Assembly: GCF_009834535.1 (NCBI RefSeq)
Contig: NC_045698.1
Coordinates: forward strand, 3,846,001 to 3,910,000
From: Camelus ferus
Taxonomy: Eukaryota
Reading direction: 5' to 3'
Length of the DNA: 64,000 nt
The notes beneath the pieces were generated by a model. The model saw only the letters and a list, made by a program, of their open reading frames with translations. It was not told where the DNA came from and did not search any database. The position numbers and the translations under genes were made by a program. Positions 1 to 11,893 of this stretch are shown piece by piece. Within the stretch, counting starts at the first letter, position 1; the number at the start of each line of letters is the position of its first letter.

Positions 1-659
1 TGCCCTTTCAATACGGCAGAAGGAGTCCCTGAAATTATGTGCAAAACTGGGGGCTGTGTGCGGGCATCTGAATTTTCTGGGAAGCAGGACTTCCATCAGA
101 TTCTCAGAGAAGGCCCTGAGCCCCACAGCTCAGGAGCCCCCGCAGGAGCTGTTACTCCCCTTCTTCCTGCCCAGGCCCCCGGCCCCGGGCAGAGCCGGGG
201 GCAGGAGCAGTTGCTCTGCTCCTGCGGGGAGGGCTGGCTCTCAAGGCACCCCTGCCTCCTGCGAGACACGCTTGGATGGAGAAAGGCCTGCCTCCTGTAA
301 CCCAAGGGACCCTTCGCTTTTCTCTTCTTCCAGAAGCCCAAGCTCATTTGCTTGATAAGAGTCCCAGGGAGGGACCACTGCACTCAGAGGTCCATACTTT
401 CCCCTCTAGTACTCTTCAAAATAACTTTCGCCGTGAATCTGCTACAATGAAAAGTGGACCCCAGGTCTGCTCTTTCCTGTCGGTGCCTGGCTTAGTTTAT
501 CGGTAAGCGTTTTGGAAGATTCCGTGTGGGCGCCTGCTGACCTCCCTGCTCGGTCCTCCTGCCCAACGTGGGGCAAGCTTGCCCCGTGTGCTGATTCCTC
601 AGTGGTTTTCTTTGGCAATTTGATTTTCTGGAGCTCATGTCAGAGTTATTTTAAGGGTT

Positions 660-783
660 CAGCACTGCCCGCTAGAGTTTCCTACAGTAATGGTAAAGCC
701 CTATATCTGCCCCTTTCAGTGTGGCAGCCACTAGCCACACGTGGCTTTGGCACTTGGCGTGTGGTTCGTGGGAATGAGGAACT
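660..783 (+). mobile_element. MER3-like hAT-Charlie MITE, 5' part
   Basis: cagcactgccc...tatatctg...gcagccactagccacacgtggct...gcacttg...gaggaact follows the first half of MER3; continues at 1270. Confidence 0.8.
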
Positions 784-1269
784 TGAGGTCAGCAGGGTAG
801 TGACCTCCCCAGCGACATGCATGTCCTTGTAGCTGGAAACTGAATACATGATCTTAGCTGGTGAGGGGGGACTGAGGTGACGGAGGAATTAAGGCTGCTA
901 GTGAACTGACCTTCAGGAGGGAGATTGTTCTGGATTCCTCTCGGGCCCAGTGTCATCACAAGCGTCCTTCAAAGTGGCAGAGGGAGGTAGGGAAGGACAT
1001 CGGTGATGAGACGTGAGAGGAGCTCCAATGGCCATTGCTGGCCTGGAAGACAGAAGGACCCTGAGCCCAGGGACGTGGGAATGTGGGTGGCCACTAGAAG
1101 CTGGAAAAGGCAAGAGTTTTCAGAAAGGAACACAGCCTTGCTGACAATTTTAGCCCAGTGAGACCAGGTTGGGCCTCTGACCTCTAAAACTGTAGGATCA
1201 CATATTTGTGTTGTTTTAAATCACTAAATGTGGAATAATTTTTTACAGCAGAAACAGAAAAGTAATACA
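784..1269 (+). mobile_element. MLT1D-like MaLR solo LTR inserted in MER3
   Basis: TG...CA ends; ggaattaaggctgcta..ctgacctt..gggagatt; 3' end tttgtgttgttttaaatcact...taataca; 5-bp TSD gaact (779-783) / gtact (1270-1274). Confidence 0.85.
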
Positions 1270-1335
1270 GTACTAATCAATTTTAATTGAATTAATTTAA
1301 ACGAGGAGCCCCGTGTGGCTGGTGACTCCCATGCC
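1270..1335 (+). mobile_element. MER3-like MITE, 3' part
   Basis: ttttaattgaattaatttaaa...agccccgtgtggctggtgact matches the second half of MER3. Confidence 0.7.
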
Positions 1336-1570
1336 ACCCACCCCAGTGGAGGCTGCAGCGCCCTGAGGCAGTCAACACGCAGACGGTGCCGTCAGTGACC
1401 CTACCAGACCCAGAAACTTGCCTCACTGCCCTCCTTGTCACTTCTTATCCGCCCTCTCTCTCTGCACAAAGAATGTCGCCCCGTCTTCCAGTTCTCCAAG
1501 GATCAAGTCATTGACACTGCGGTCTCTGAACTTCTGGGACCCTGGAAGGAATGCAAGATGAAGCAGTCTG

Positions 1571-1901
1571 TGTTGGATACACAGGCCCCTACACATGTTA
1601 AGATGCATGTCTAAGGAAGACGCTCAATGACTCCAGACTCTTGCATTTCCCATGCATAGAAAAACACCGAAATCATTAACTTGAGACGTCTGTTCTTTTT
1701 GATGAGCAGTAGTCTTTTTTAGCTCGACTATGTGGATTTCCAAAAAAATTCACATTCACACCAGCTCCTCCTCTTCCACTTCAGAACAGCTTCTCCAAGC
1801 TGTCTGAGAGGCTCTCCCAGGCCATGATCATCAGTAAGATCCCCAAGTAAAGCTAAAACTCTCTGTTCTTACATTGTGCATTTTTTTTTTTCCAGCCAAC
1901 A
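1571..1901 (+). mobile_element. ERV1-class solo LTR (331 bp)
   Basis: Perfect terminal inverted repeat TGTTGG...CCAACA; 4-bp TSD tctg/tctc; agtaaa polyA-like signal then a T-rich U5. Confidence 0.75.
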
Positions 1902-3779
1902 TCTCTCTCCTAGCTTTCTGCCCTCTGATACGGTAGAGAAACAGGATGGGCTGATTTACTGTGGGAGGTAGACCCTGCCTGGAAACATTCATCACCAGGG
2001 TTCCCATCTGCCTCTGTGCAAGCCTCGTTGGGCCCCCAGTTACCACTGGCCTGGGTCACAGGCAGGCCATCGGAATGTGCTGACGGGAGCCAGGGACATC
2101 CTTCACCTGCCTGGACGAAGGGTTCTTCTACCAGCAGATGAAGCTGAAGGTTGAAGGGATGAACTTGAAGGGGCAAATGAGGCCCACAGGTGTCACAGGC
2201 CTTCCTGGAATCCCTCTGAAAGCAGAGGGGAAACAAAACAGAACAAAATAAAAGCCAGAGGGGCTGTGAGAGAGGAAAGGGTGTGATGCATGCGCCACTT
2301 TTCCTACCATGAGTGGGTGGACAGGGAGATATTTTGGGTGCATTGACCATGGATTCCATTTGAGAAGTTAAAACCTGAGCCACCCTCTCGGGGAGCATTA
2401 TTGTTTGCATGCAAAACAGCAACCTCAAGATTTCTGTAATCACCACTTTGACCCTGTGCTCCAACGCAATACCTGCTAAGGTGGGACAAAAAGGCAAAGG
2501 AGTTTGTTCTATCCATTAAGATGCGAATAAGTGAAGAAAATGCCTTATTTCCTCCCTAAATAGATCTCATTAACTCTTTTAAAAAATGTTTTCTTTGCAT
2601 TGTTACAAAAGCAATTACTACAAAGCTCATTGCAAAATATGAGAAAACCATACAAGAAATACATACAGGAAGATGCACAGAAGAACATAAGATCAATCAT
2701 TGACATGAAACATACCATTTTTCATGTTTTCCTGCAATAGTTGCTCCCCGTCAAGAGAGATATTTAGGAAAGCAGATTTGCGGCTGGTCTCACCCTGCGG
2801 CTAGATCAGGAAGGACCATGAAAGCCACACCTCAGGGGTCAGCCTCGAAGGAGTTTAGACAACGGAGAAACTTGAAGGTGTGCAGCAGGGCAGATGTGTT
2901 ACCAGATGCCGCTTAGGAAGGTGGGCAGGGGGGAAGCTGGAGGCAGGGATCCCACAGGGACCAGGGGAAGAGCCGCAGGGCGAGTGGCGAGGCAGCCACG
3001 GATCCGGGGAGGACGCGGCAGACGAGGGCTCTGTGCGGGCGCAGCCCCCAGGACGCAGTAACTTGCCGAATGGATGGCGTGAACAGCAGGGAGGCGCACC
3101 TGCCTTTTACACGTTGTAAACAGCGCTGCGAAGTAGCACCCTTGAACAGGCATCTTCCAGCTCAGAGCCTCTGATTTCCCCAAGGAAATTACTGCAGGCA
3201 GGACAGTGAGTCCAAAGGGTGTCTGGGCTCTGGGAGAGACTTAACCCGCACCTCTTCTTTCCTACTCCAGTCAGAGCTAAGAGAAGGCGAGTGAGGGAGC
3301 AAGGCGGGGAGAGACCCCCGTGCCAGCGTGCCTCCCCCGGGGGCTGCAGGGGGAGCAGCCGTTCTCACAGCAGCAGGCGCGGTGCAGCTGGACCTACCTC
3401 CTCAGCGGGGCGTGACCCCGTTAGCTTAGGGCCTGTGGAGGTCCGAGGGTTTGTACAGTCCTGTTTTAGGAGAAGGTGAGAAGGACCTAGGGGAGCAGAC
3501 TGCACACTCAGCCGTGTCTGCCCGCCGTGCGCAGGAGTCAGGGGGTCACAGGTCAGGCCAGTGTAGGGCCTCATGGAGCCCAGGCAGGGGTGGAAGAGGC
3601 GCTTCCCCACAGAAGGCAGGGAGTTTGATACACGTTGTCCACTTGGCACCTTTGTGGCAATAACAGGTCTGCAGTGCAAGGCCTTATGCTCTGGTGAGGG
3701 GGAAAGTAACCTGCAGTGAGAAGCCGGGCCGACCCCACCTGGCCAAGTGACAAGGGTAGCAGGGCCCATGCTGCCATGG

Positions 3780-4240
3780 GCCATCCTGCACCCTGGTATG
3801 AAGTGATGAGGTGGCATTTCGCCCTGCGGTGCCCTTCCCCAGATCTAAGAGGACATCAGATAAGCCCACATGGGACATTTGACAGGAGACTTGACCAGTG
3901 ACCTCAAGACTCTCAGGTCAGGAACCACAGGAGGTGCCAAGGCACTGAGGAGACTGTGGCAGGTCAACACGCCTGGCTGGGATCCCAGAACAGGGAGGCA
4001 ACATGGGATGGAAAACTACCGATGCCCCGTGAGGCCAAGGTTGCATTGATAGGAATGTGCCCATGCTGATTGCATTTTATTTTAGCTTTTTTTTTTTTTT
4101 CAGTTTTTACTCACGTGCCATGGTGATGTCAGACCCTTTCAGTGGGACTGCTGGGTGAGGAGGGGTGCACCCAAACTCCACACACCCCCCTCACAACTTT
4201 CCTCTGAGTCCAAAATTATTCCATAACAACCAAAGTTTAT
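3780..4240 (+). mobile_element. Old L1 (L1MC-type) 3' UTR fragment
   Basis: gacatcagataagccca..gggacatt..tgaccagt..ggatcccagaacag..gccatggtgatgtcagac..caactttcctctgagtccaaaattattcc follow the L1MC3/4 3' end. Confidence 0.7.
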
Positions 4241-4254
4241 GTAATACTAAAAAG

Positions 4255-4325
4255 CATACAGTGTTTAAAGCATTCAGCATCAAGTCTGGCACAGAGTAAG
4301 CACCCGATAAATATTTGTCGTCATT
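4255..4325 (+). mobile_element. MIR 3' tail fragment
   Basis: tttaaagcattcagca..tctggcacagagtaagcacccgataaatattt resembles the MIR/L2 tail. Confidence 0.6.
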
Positions 4326-4469
4326 GAAACAAAAATTAGAAAAAAACATTAAAAACCTCACTTTGATCAGCTCCTGGCCCATCCTAACTTGGGGTCAGGT
4401 CTCCGCTACCAAGGTGTATGTTCTTTATTCTGAAGAACTGGAAGGGGATTCTCTGGAAAGACTTCACTG

Positions 4470-4725
4470 CAGATGTGGCATATTTACATTTTAGAAAGAC
4501 AATCCCTGAGAGGGGGAGAGTATAGCTTAGTGGTAGAGCACAAGCTTAGCATGCATAAGGTCCTGGGTTCGATCCCCAGTACCTCCATTATAAATAAATA
4601 AATAAATAATTAATTAATTAATCTAATTACCCCCCTCCCCAAAAGAAAGATAATTCTGGTGGCAGTTTATAGGATAGGAGAGGAAGTCAGGGATCTATTT
4701 AAGGCCATTGCAATAATTAAAGTCA
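4470..4725 (-). mobile_element. L2 fragment interrupted by a SINE
   Basis: ttttagaaagac/taat.ctg..ggcag...aggccattgcaataat matches antisense L2. Confidence 0.55.
4512..4643 (+). mobile_element. Vic-1-type camelid tRNA(Ala)-derived SINE
   Basis: ggggagagtatagcttagtggtagagc (A box)...cttagcatgca...gggttcgatcccc (B box) agtacctcc, (taaa)n, ctaattacccccctccccaaaa tail; degenerate TSD agaaagacaatccctg / agaaagataattctg. Confidence 0.9.
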
Positions 4726-6105
4726 CAACACTGTGCGTATCTGATTCAGATCAGGGCAGTCAAGTCAGGATAGAAATAGGAAACTGATGGGAGGCATGCC
4801 TGCGGGAAGAACTAACGGGACTTAACAACCAGCCACATGTGGGAGGAGATGCAAATCACGGCTCGCTGTCCCCAAGGATGCGTTTATACAAGACCCCAGT
4901 GTCCTAGGGTTCTTACTGTCCAGCTGTGTCACCTCAGGCTCCTCTTGGTATCAGGGGCCTCTAGGTCTTTAGCAAGACCAGCGGAGAGAGAAGACTGGGA
5001 TGGCAGGGGTGGGGGCCCGTGGCCTGGACCTTGCAGTGGGTGTCAGGGGAGTAGAAGGCACAGACCCCACAGAAGTGATGGCGAGGTTATCACTGGTCCC
5101 AGATGTCCAGTCCAGAAACAGGGCCCCCATCGAAGAACTGTGTACTGGATGGAATTCCAGCCTGGAATTCAGGCCAGGGCGGTGGAAACACCTGATGTGC
5201 TGGTGGTGAGGCTCTGGGGGAGTCTCCACCCAGGACCCTCCTCCAGGGCTCAGGAAGGCCTGCCGTTAAATTTAAACCCCCAGAGCCCTAGGACCAGAGT
5301 GCTGGGCGGGGAAACTAGGCAAAACCTGAAGAAAGATAAAGGTGCCTCTCTACTGTCAGAGGCTGGAGCGACCCCTGAATTAGGAAGCCATGACAGTGTG
5401 GGACTTTGCCGCCAGCTGTGAAAGAGTTTGCAGCAGAGGCAGAGGACAAAGGGAATGGCTGCTTTACTGCTCAGAAGAGGAAAAGGAAAGAAAGGTGCCT
5501 GTGTGAGGAGCCGCCAGCCAAGCTGGCCAGTGGACGCAGCTCCAGCTGTGGCTCGGGCCACGTGGACTTGTGTGAGAGGCTTCCCCAGTCCTGTCTTCCT
5601 TTCGGGTGTAAGGGAGCCAATCACCTTGTCTCCTGTCCTCGTATGGGCTTTCCCCGTTGTGGTCATGGCACTTATCCACTGTCCCGGTGCTGGTGGGTGT
5701 GTCATGCTGATACGTCGCAATGAGCCTGTGACGCGGCTCAAGGGCCACTGGAAGGCAAATCCTCTGCCATCTTGGGCTTAGTTGGTTCTAACCAGTTCTT
5801 GTTTCTCCCCTTTGCAGCTGCCTCCCGAGACTTAGATAAGAGTAATTGGTTTCTATTTGGGGGAGGGGCAGGGGTATGACCCTGGGGGCAACAGCGTTGG
5901 CAACGAAAAGGAAAGTTGCTTTTAGTCAGAATGCCAGTAATCTGGTGCATCCAATGTTCCCCTCAAAAAAAAAAAAAAACACCAAAACCCCCCAAAACCC
6001 CACACATCTCCAAAGATTCTGCTCAGTCATAAACAAGAGGCAGGGGATTGGGGGGTTCCTTGAGGGGAAACTAGGACCCTGCCCCAAGGCTGGACTATCA
6101 TTTCT

Positions 6106-6196
6106 CTTTATTAACTAATTAATTAATTAGTTTTTGCATGTTGCTTTTTTACTGAAGTATAGTCAGCTTATACTGTTGTGTCAATTTCTGGTGTGC
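6106..6196 (-). mobile_element. Very short 5'-truncated L1 3' end
   Basis: ttttttactgaagtatagtcagcttatactgttgtgtcaatttctggtgtgc is an antisense artiodactyl L1 terminus; exact 19-bp direct repeat aggctggactatcatttct at 6087-6105 and 6197-6215. Confidence 0.85.
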
Positions 6197-8999
6197 AGGC
6201 TGGACTATCATTTCTTGACCGCTCCTCTCTTGTCTCTGCGCCCACTACCTTCCTTGATTAGCAACTGTTCAAAGGAAGGGAAGGTCAAGGAGGCTGGAGG
6301 AAGCCTATTTCCTACAAACAAGAAGCAGAGAACATGGAAAGATTTGTTCCAAGGAGGACCCCAGAGGATCCTGCTCAGTTTCACTACTGTCACTCATGAT
6401 AAATTTCACTTGCAAGCTGACCCTGCAGGGTCTCAACTGATACTCAGGTAAGGGCTCCTGAGGCGTTTTCTCCCACGTGCAGGACTGAGTCCTGAAGTAG
6501 GGAGAGGTGAAGGGGGAGCATTTGCAACCTGGGGTTGGGACCAGCTGTGAGGAGCTACAGAAGTTGGAAGTCAAGAGGCTGAGGTGGGGCTGACAATAAC
6601 GAACTTCTGAGCTGATGACAAAGACGGCACCAGCTTCCATTTTGGGGTCATTGCAGCAACCGCACTGGGTGAATGATGGTGATGGAGAAGCCATCCTGTC
6701 TGCCCATGTGCTCCAGCTCAGACCCAAGCAATTCAACGTGCATTTGCCTAAGCAAAACCAGCAGCGTTCCTAGGAAGCTAGTGGTAGCGGAGCACGCATA
6801 CCCACGGGCAGCGTTTGGCCTACTTCATTCCATTTAGATACATTTGAGCTTTTGGTTCCACTTTGTAGGTGAGGGGCTGAATGGTTTTCTGTGGTTAATT
6901 TACCCAATACCTCTTTTCTTTTTGTCGTTTCAGACACAGGTCTTTCTCTTCCTGCTGTTTTGGGTCTCGTCTCAAATCATCTCGGGTTGTAATCGTGAAG
7001 CTCATACAATGGAAGCTTCTATAGGGCTGCAAGGAATTTCTGTGCATCCTTTCAACTGCAAATTAAAAAAACAAAACCTGATTCAAGGCTATTACAGTTG
7101 CATAAGTAGCCAGTCTACTTCAATAAAAGATTCAGATCAAGTTGTTAAATGAGCTCGACTGGAGCAGAATGATCCAAAGAAAAAAATAAATAAACCACGG
7201 CCCTTTCTGAGCACTCAGCAGAAAGGATAAGCACACAGCTTGACGGGAAGGGCAAAGTGGGCTTGTCTCCTTCTGCCTCACTGCACGTGGAGTCCTATGT
7301 CTGTGTCCACGTGGGGCTGCAGAGACAGGGAAGTGTAAACAAACATCCCTGTGCCTACACTGGTAAAGTGGGCATTTCTGGGGAAGATCTACACACACCA
7401 TGAGCCTAACGTCTGTGTCTTGAGGCTGCCCTCTGCAGATACCCTGAGCCTCACCAGGAGAACGGAGAAGTTCTGCTTTCCCCTTCCTGTATTGACTGCA
7501 AAGCAAGAGACTGGCCACTGAGACAGCCCTAAGCGATGGTGCTGCATTCCCTGCATGGGACCAGGGACAGTCTCCCTGCCTGGTGTGTGGACTCTCTCAA
7601 GGAGCACCCACCTGGAGTCCCTGCAGGATCCCACCTCAGACCCTCCCCAGACCGATACTAAACTTCACTCCCCGCTCCAAGGCGGCAGAAGCAAAGCAGA
7701 CAGCTCCTGTCACCTTGGGCTAGCTTTGGACACTTACTTTTATTTTATCCCATAAAGGATCTTGGCACTTTCCCCTCCTCGTGCCTCCTGCCTTCTATCG
7801 TAAATAGTCAGTTGCAGGGATCAGGTGCAAACTGGATTGTGTTGCATGCACAAATAGTCACGAAAATCATTTCTGGCCACTACTCTGATGATTCAGATGC
7901 ACCCAAGCACACTAGACCAACACTGCGTACAGCCCAGGCTCTGGCCAGTGTGTCCAAGGACAGTAGAGGAGGGCGGTGAAGGCTCTCGTGTTGTTGGGAG
8001 CCCCGGTGGGCACCTTGTTGGGACAGGGAGGGGCAGTCAAGGAGGCGGAGGCACTAGGAGGACCCACAGTGCAGCTGCCTCCAGGAGGCCACTGGAGGAG
8101 TGATCCTTGCAGGCTCCTCCACGGTGTTCATGGCATCTTCTGGAAGACCAGGGCAATGGCAGCAGGTGGGGCAGGTGGCTATGTCAGACCAGGCTTATTC
8201 GCTCTTCCTGCCTCCAGCATCTCTTCCCTCCTTCTGCCTCTCGATAGGTCAAACAAAGGCACTAAATTAGAGAGGACTCAGGAGAAGTGAGGAGCCAGGT
8301 GACGTCTCTGGAGGCAGGGGCTCTGCTTGAGGAAATCTGAGTGTCTGGCCAGGTAAAGTCAGCTCTGTGGGTCCAGTTTAGAAGAAACAGCCTCTGAGCC
8401 AGTGAGCACCCCAGCCTGTGGCCTTGTTGTTAATTGATCTGTGTGCCCCACTGCTGTCTGTCCGTGCTCCCAGGAAGATCAATTATCACTTCCTCTTGTT
8501 CCTAAGAAAATCACTGCTGACTAAAGAAAATGGAGTCGCTGTCCCTGGCCACTGGTCAGTAGACACTTTTAATGACAGTCGTGGAAAAGCCTTTTGAGTG
8601 TTTCACAGCATTATTCTAAAAAAGCAATAAGAACAACTCAGTATTAAAATTGATTCTTAGGATTTGGGTCTATGTTAAGCGGCTCTTAAAAAACAGTTGC
8701 TTTTTCTAACATCTCTGATATTCACTAGATAATAAGATGATCCAACTGAGCCTAAATCAATTATTTATTTCTTTAAAAAGTAAATTTCTGTATTTTTTTC
8801 CTGAATATGTGTGTGTGTCACTGAATGTATAAATGATGGGCATGCATTAATTTTTAATAAAGAAAGGGCTATTTTGTTTTAAAAAATTCTCCTGAATTTT
8901 GGAACATAGGCAAAAAGACTTAAAACCTGAGACATATTTTGACTAAGCAATTTTTTTCTAAATGTAAAATAAGGTTTTAAAAGTTTGTGCTAGGAAGTA

Positions 9000-9400
9000 A
9001 TTAGGGATGTTCCAAATTGTATATAAATATATTTGCTATAGTATTTTTAAAAAGCAAAAATTAGAAACAATTTATAGAGTTACCAAGACAATGGTTTAAT
9101 AACCAGCAGCACATTAGGAGCTCATTAAAAAGGCTCAATGACGTGGTCATGTACTTAGCTTATTTTACTAAAAGAGCAGGTTACATAATAGTGTTTATCT
9201 TACAATATAAAATTTTCAGGAAAAATGTATATACACCATAGAAAAGAAAGTATACAGAATTTTTGAAAAGGTGGTTATTTTGGAGTGTTTTAATAATTGA
9301 TTATTTTCACTTTTCATCTCTTCACTTTCTTCAGTTTCCCCAAGTCTATGATAAATACACATTATGTTTGGCCAGCAAAAAATAATAAGAATTATACAAA
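9000..9400 (+). mobile_element. Ancient L1ME-type 3' end fragment
   Basis: aaagcaaaaattagaaacaa...aaaagagcaggttaca..aatagtgt...ggtggttattttggag...A-rich end. Confidence 0.55.
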
Positions 9401-9423
9401 AATTAAGTTTCTTTATGCACAGT

Positions 9424-10266
9424 ATTTATTTATGTTTAACAGCTTTATAGGATATTATTGATATTCATTATACTGCATCTATTTAAAGTGTACAACTTGA
9501 TAAAGTTTTGACATATGGATACACTTGTAAAATCATGGCCATAATCAAGATAACGAACATATCCATCACTGTTAAATTTCCTCATGCCCTTTGGCAATCC
9601 GTCCCCTCTGACCCTCCCAGCCCCACCTCGCCCCTTGTATCTAGGCAACCAATCATCTGTTTTCTGTCCTTCTGTCACTTTAGATTCGTTTGTGCTTGTA
9701 ACAATTTTATATAAATGGAATCACATGTGACATGTGCACTTCTTTGGTTTGCTTTCCTTCACTCAGCATACTATTTTGAGATTATTGCAAGTTGTGGTTT
9801 GTGTCAAGATGCCATTCTTTTTTATTGCTCAGTAGCTTCTCATTATGTGGATGCACCTGTTTGTTCACCCTTTCACCTGTTGACGAGTTAATTCAAAAGG
9901 AGCTAGTATCAGGATTTGCGTATGAAGCTTTGTAGGAATATAGACTTTCAGCTCTCTTGGGTGAATAATGGCTGGATCATACGGTAGTTATATTACAGCT
10001 TTGAAGAAACTGCCACATTTATTCCCAAAATGGTTGTGACATTTTACATTCCTAACAGCAGTGAATGAGAATTCCAGATGCTCCACATCCCAGCCAACAC
10101 TTGGCGAGGCCCATCTTTTAAGATTTCCACCACTCTAATGTAAGCGTAGTGGTACTGCATTGGCTTTTACTTTGTATTTCCCTGATAACGAATGATGCTT
10201 AGCATCATTTTATGTGCTCATTTACTCTCTATATACCTTTCTGGGGAAGTATCTATTCAATATTTT
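9424..10266 (-). mobile_element. L1MB (L1MB8-like) 3' end, non-inverted part of a 5'-inverted L1
   Basis: acagctttat...tttaaagtgtacaacttgataaagttttgacatat...aatcaagataacgaacatatccatcac...ctaggcaacc...aaactgccac...gctccacatcc. Confidence 0.85.
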
Positions 10267-11893
10267 AAGGATGGACTATTTCTCAAATCATTCCATGAGG
10301 GCAGCATTATCCTAATACCAAAGCCAGACAAAGATATTACAAGAAGAGAAAACTAAGTATCACTCATGGCCATAGATGTAAACATTCGATGCAAAATTTT
10401 AGCAAATCTAATACATCAATATATAAAAAAGAATAATACATCACGACTAAGTAGGTTCATTTCAGGATGCAACTTTTGTTTAATATCCATCTTGCTAACC
10501 AACTAAGAAAGAAAGGCTATATGATAGTCCCAGTAGATAAAGAACTTTTGTTTAGCAAAATCTAACATCTGTTCCTGCTAAAAACTTTCAGCAGACTAGA
10601 AATAGAAGGAATTTCTTCAACGTGACAAAATGTATCTATGAAAAAACTACATATAGCGTCTTACTCACTGGGGGAAGACTGGTTGCTTTCTTCCTAAGCT
10701 GAGAAGCAAGAGCAGGAGGACTTCTTCTGCCACTTCTGCTCAGCGTGGCACTGGAGGTGCTAACCAGTGCAACAGTGCAAGGGGAAAAATGCATTCTGGT
10801 TGGAAAGGAAGACGTAAACTGCCTTTATTCTCGACTGACACAACTGTCTACATCAAAAGTTCAGTGGACTCTACCAGAATCTAGAACTAACAAATGGGTT
10901 TTATAATGTTGCAGGATTAAAAAAAAATGATATATAAAAATCCATTATATTTCTAAATACTAGCATTGAACAATCAGATTTTGAATTTTAAAACCCCACT
11001 ACTTACAATAACACTGAAAATATGAAACACTTAGGGAAAAAATCTTACAAACGATGTGAAAGACTTTATACTAAAACCCACAAAACATGGTTGATAGAGA
11101 TTTTAAATAAATAGATAGATAAACCATATACTTGGATCAGAAATTATTAAGAAATTGGTCATCCCTAATTTCTATAGATTCTACTTAATTTCAGTAAAAA
11201 TCCAAGCATCCTTTTTAGTTTGTAGAAACCGACTGATTCTAAATTTCACATGGAAATTCAAAGGATCTAGAATAGAAAATACAAATTTTGAGAGAACAAA
11301 GTTGGAGGGCTAGGCTATCTTATTTCAGGACTCATTATAAAGCTACAATAGTCAAGACAGTGTGGTGTTGGTGTAAAGATAAATAGATTAATGGTACAGA
11401 GTCCAGAAATAGACCCACACATATGTGGAGATCTGAACTCCAACAAAGGTGCAAAAGTGATTCAGTGTAGACAGGGCACTCTTAAACACGTTGTTAAAGC
11501 TGTGTATAAAAACATAATAATAGAAAAACCTTCCTTCTAGATCTTCCATCATGCACAACAAATAATTCAAAATCGGTTGTCAACTTAAATCTAAGTCTAT
11601 ATCAAACCTCCTAGAGGAAAACATGGGAGAAAAACTTGTGATGATGGATTTGGCAAAGATTTCTTAAACAACAAAGTCATAATTCCCAAAAGGACAAATT
11701 GACAAATTGTACTTTATGAAATTAAAAACAAAACAAAACTTTGCTTTTTGAAAAGTAATCAAGAGAATGAAAATAAAAACCACAAACTGGGAGGATTATT
11801 TGCAGATGTTACATCTGATAAAGGACTCATATCCAGCATACCTAAAGAACTCTCAAACTCAAGAATAAGAAAATAAGCAGTTCAAGTAAAAGG
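10267..11893 (+). mobile_element. Decayed L1 ORF2 (RT region), inverted part of the same L1
   Basis: catgagggcagcattatcctaataccaaagccagacaaagatattacaagaagagaaaac (ASI.LIPKPDKDITRREN)...gagaacaaagttggaggg...ataaagctacaatagtcaagacagtgtgg...catctgataaaggact; many stops and indels. Confidence 0.9.

Noticed and set aside
2110..2192. Protein-like reading LDEGFFYQQMKLKVEGMNLKGQM
   Set aside because: Not recognised, and there is no convincing splice acceptor/donor pair; BLASTX would settle it.
4512..4585. tRNA-Ala(AGC)-like gene
   Set aside because: It is followed by a SINE tail, flanked by a TSD and has stem mismatches, so it is a SINE head rather than a tRNA gene.
1910..5421. ORFs of 150-200 aa in GC-rich unique DNA (also 15892-16497 and 33429-34049)
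   Set aside because: No domain or family resemblance, overlapping ORFs on both strands and no coherent exon chain; expected by chance at this GC content.
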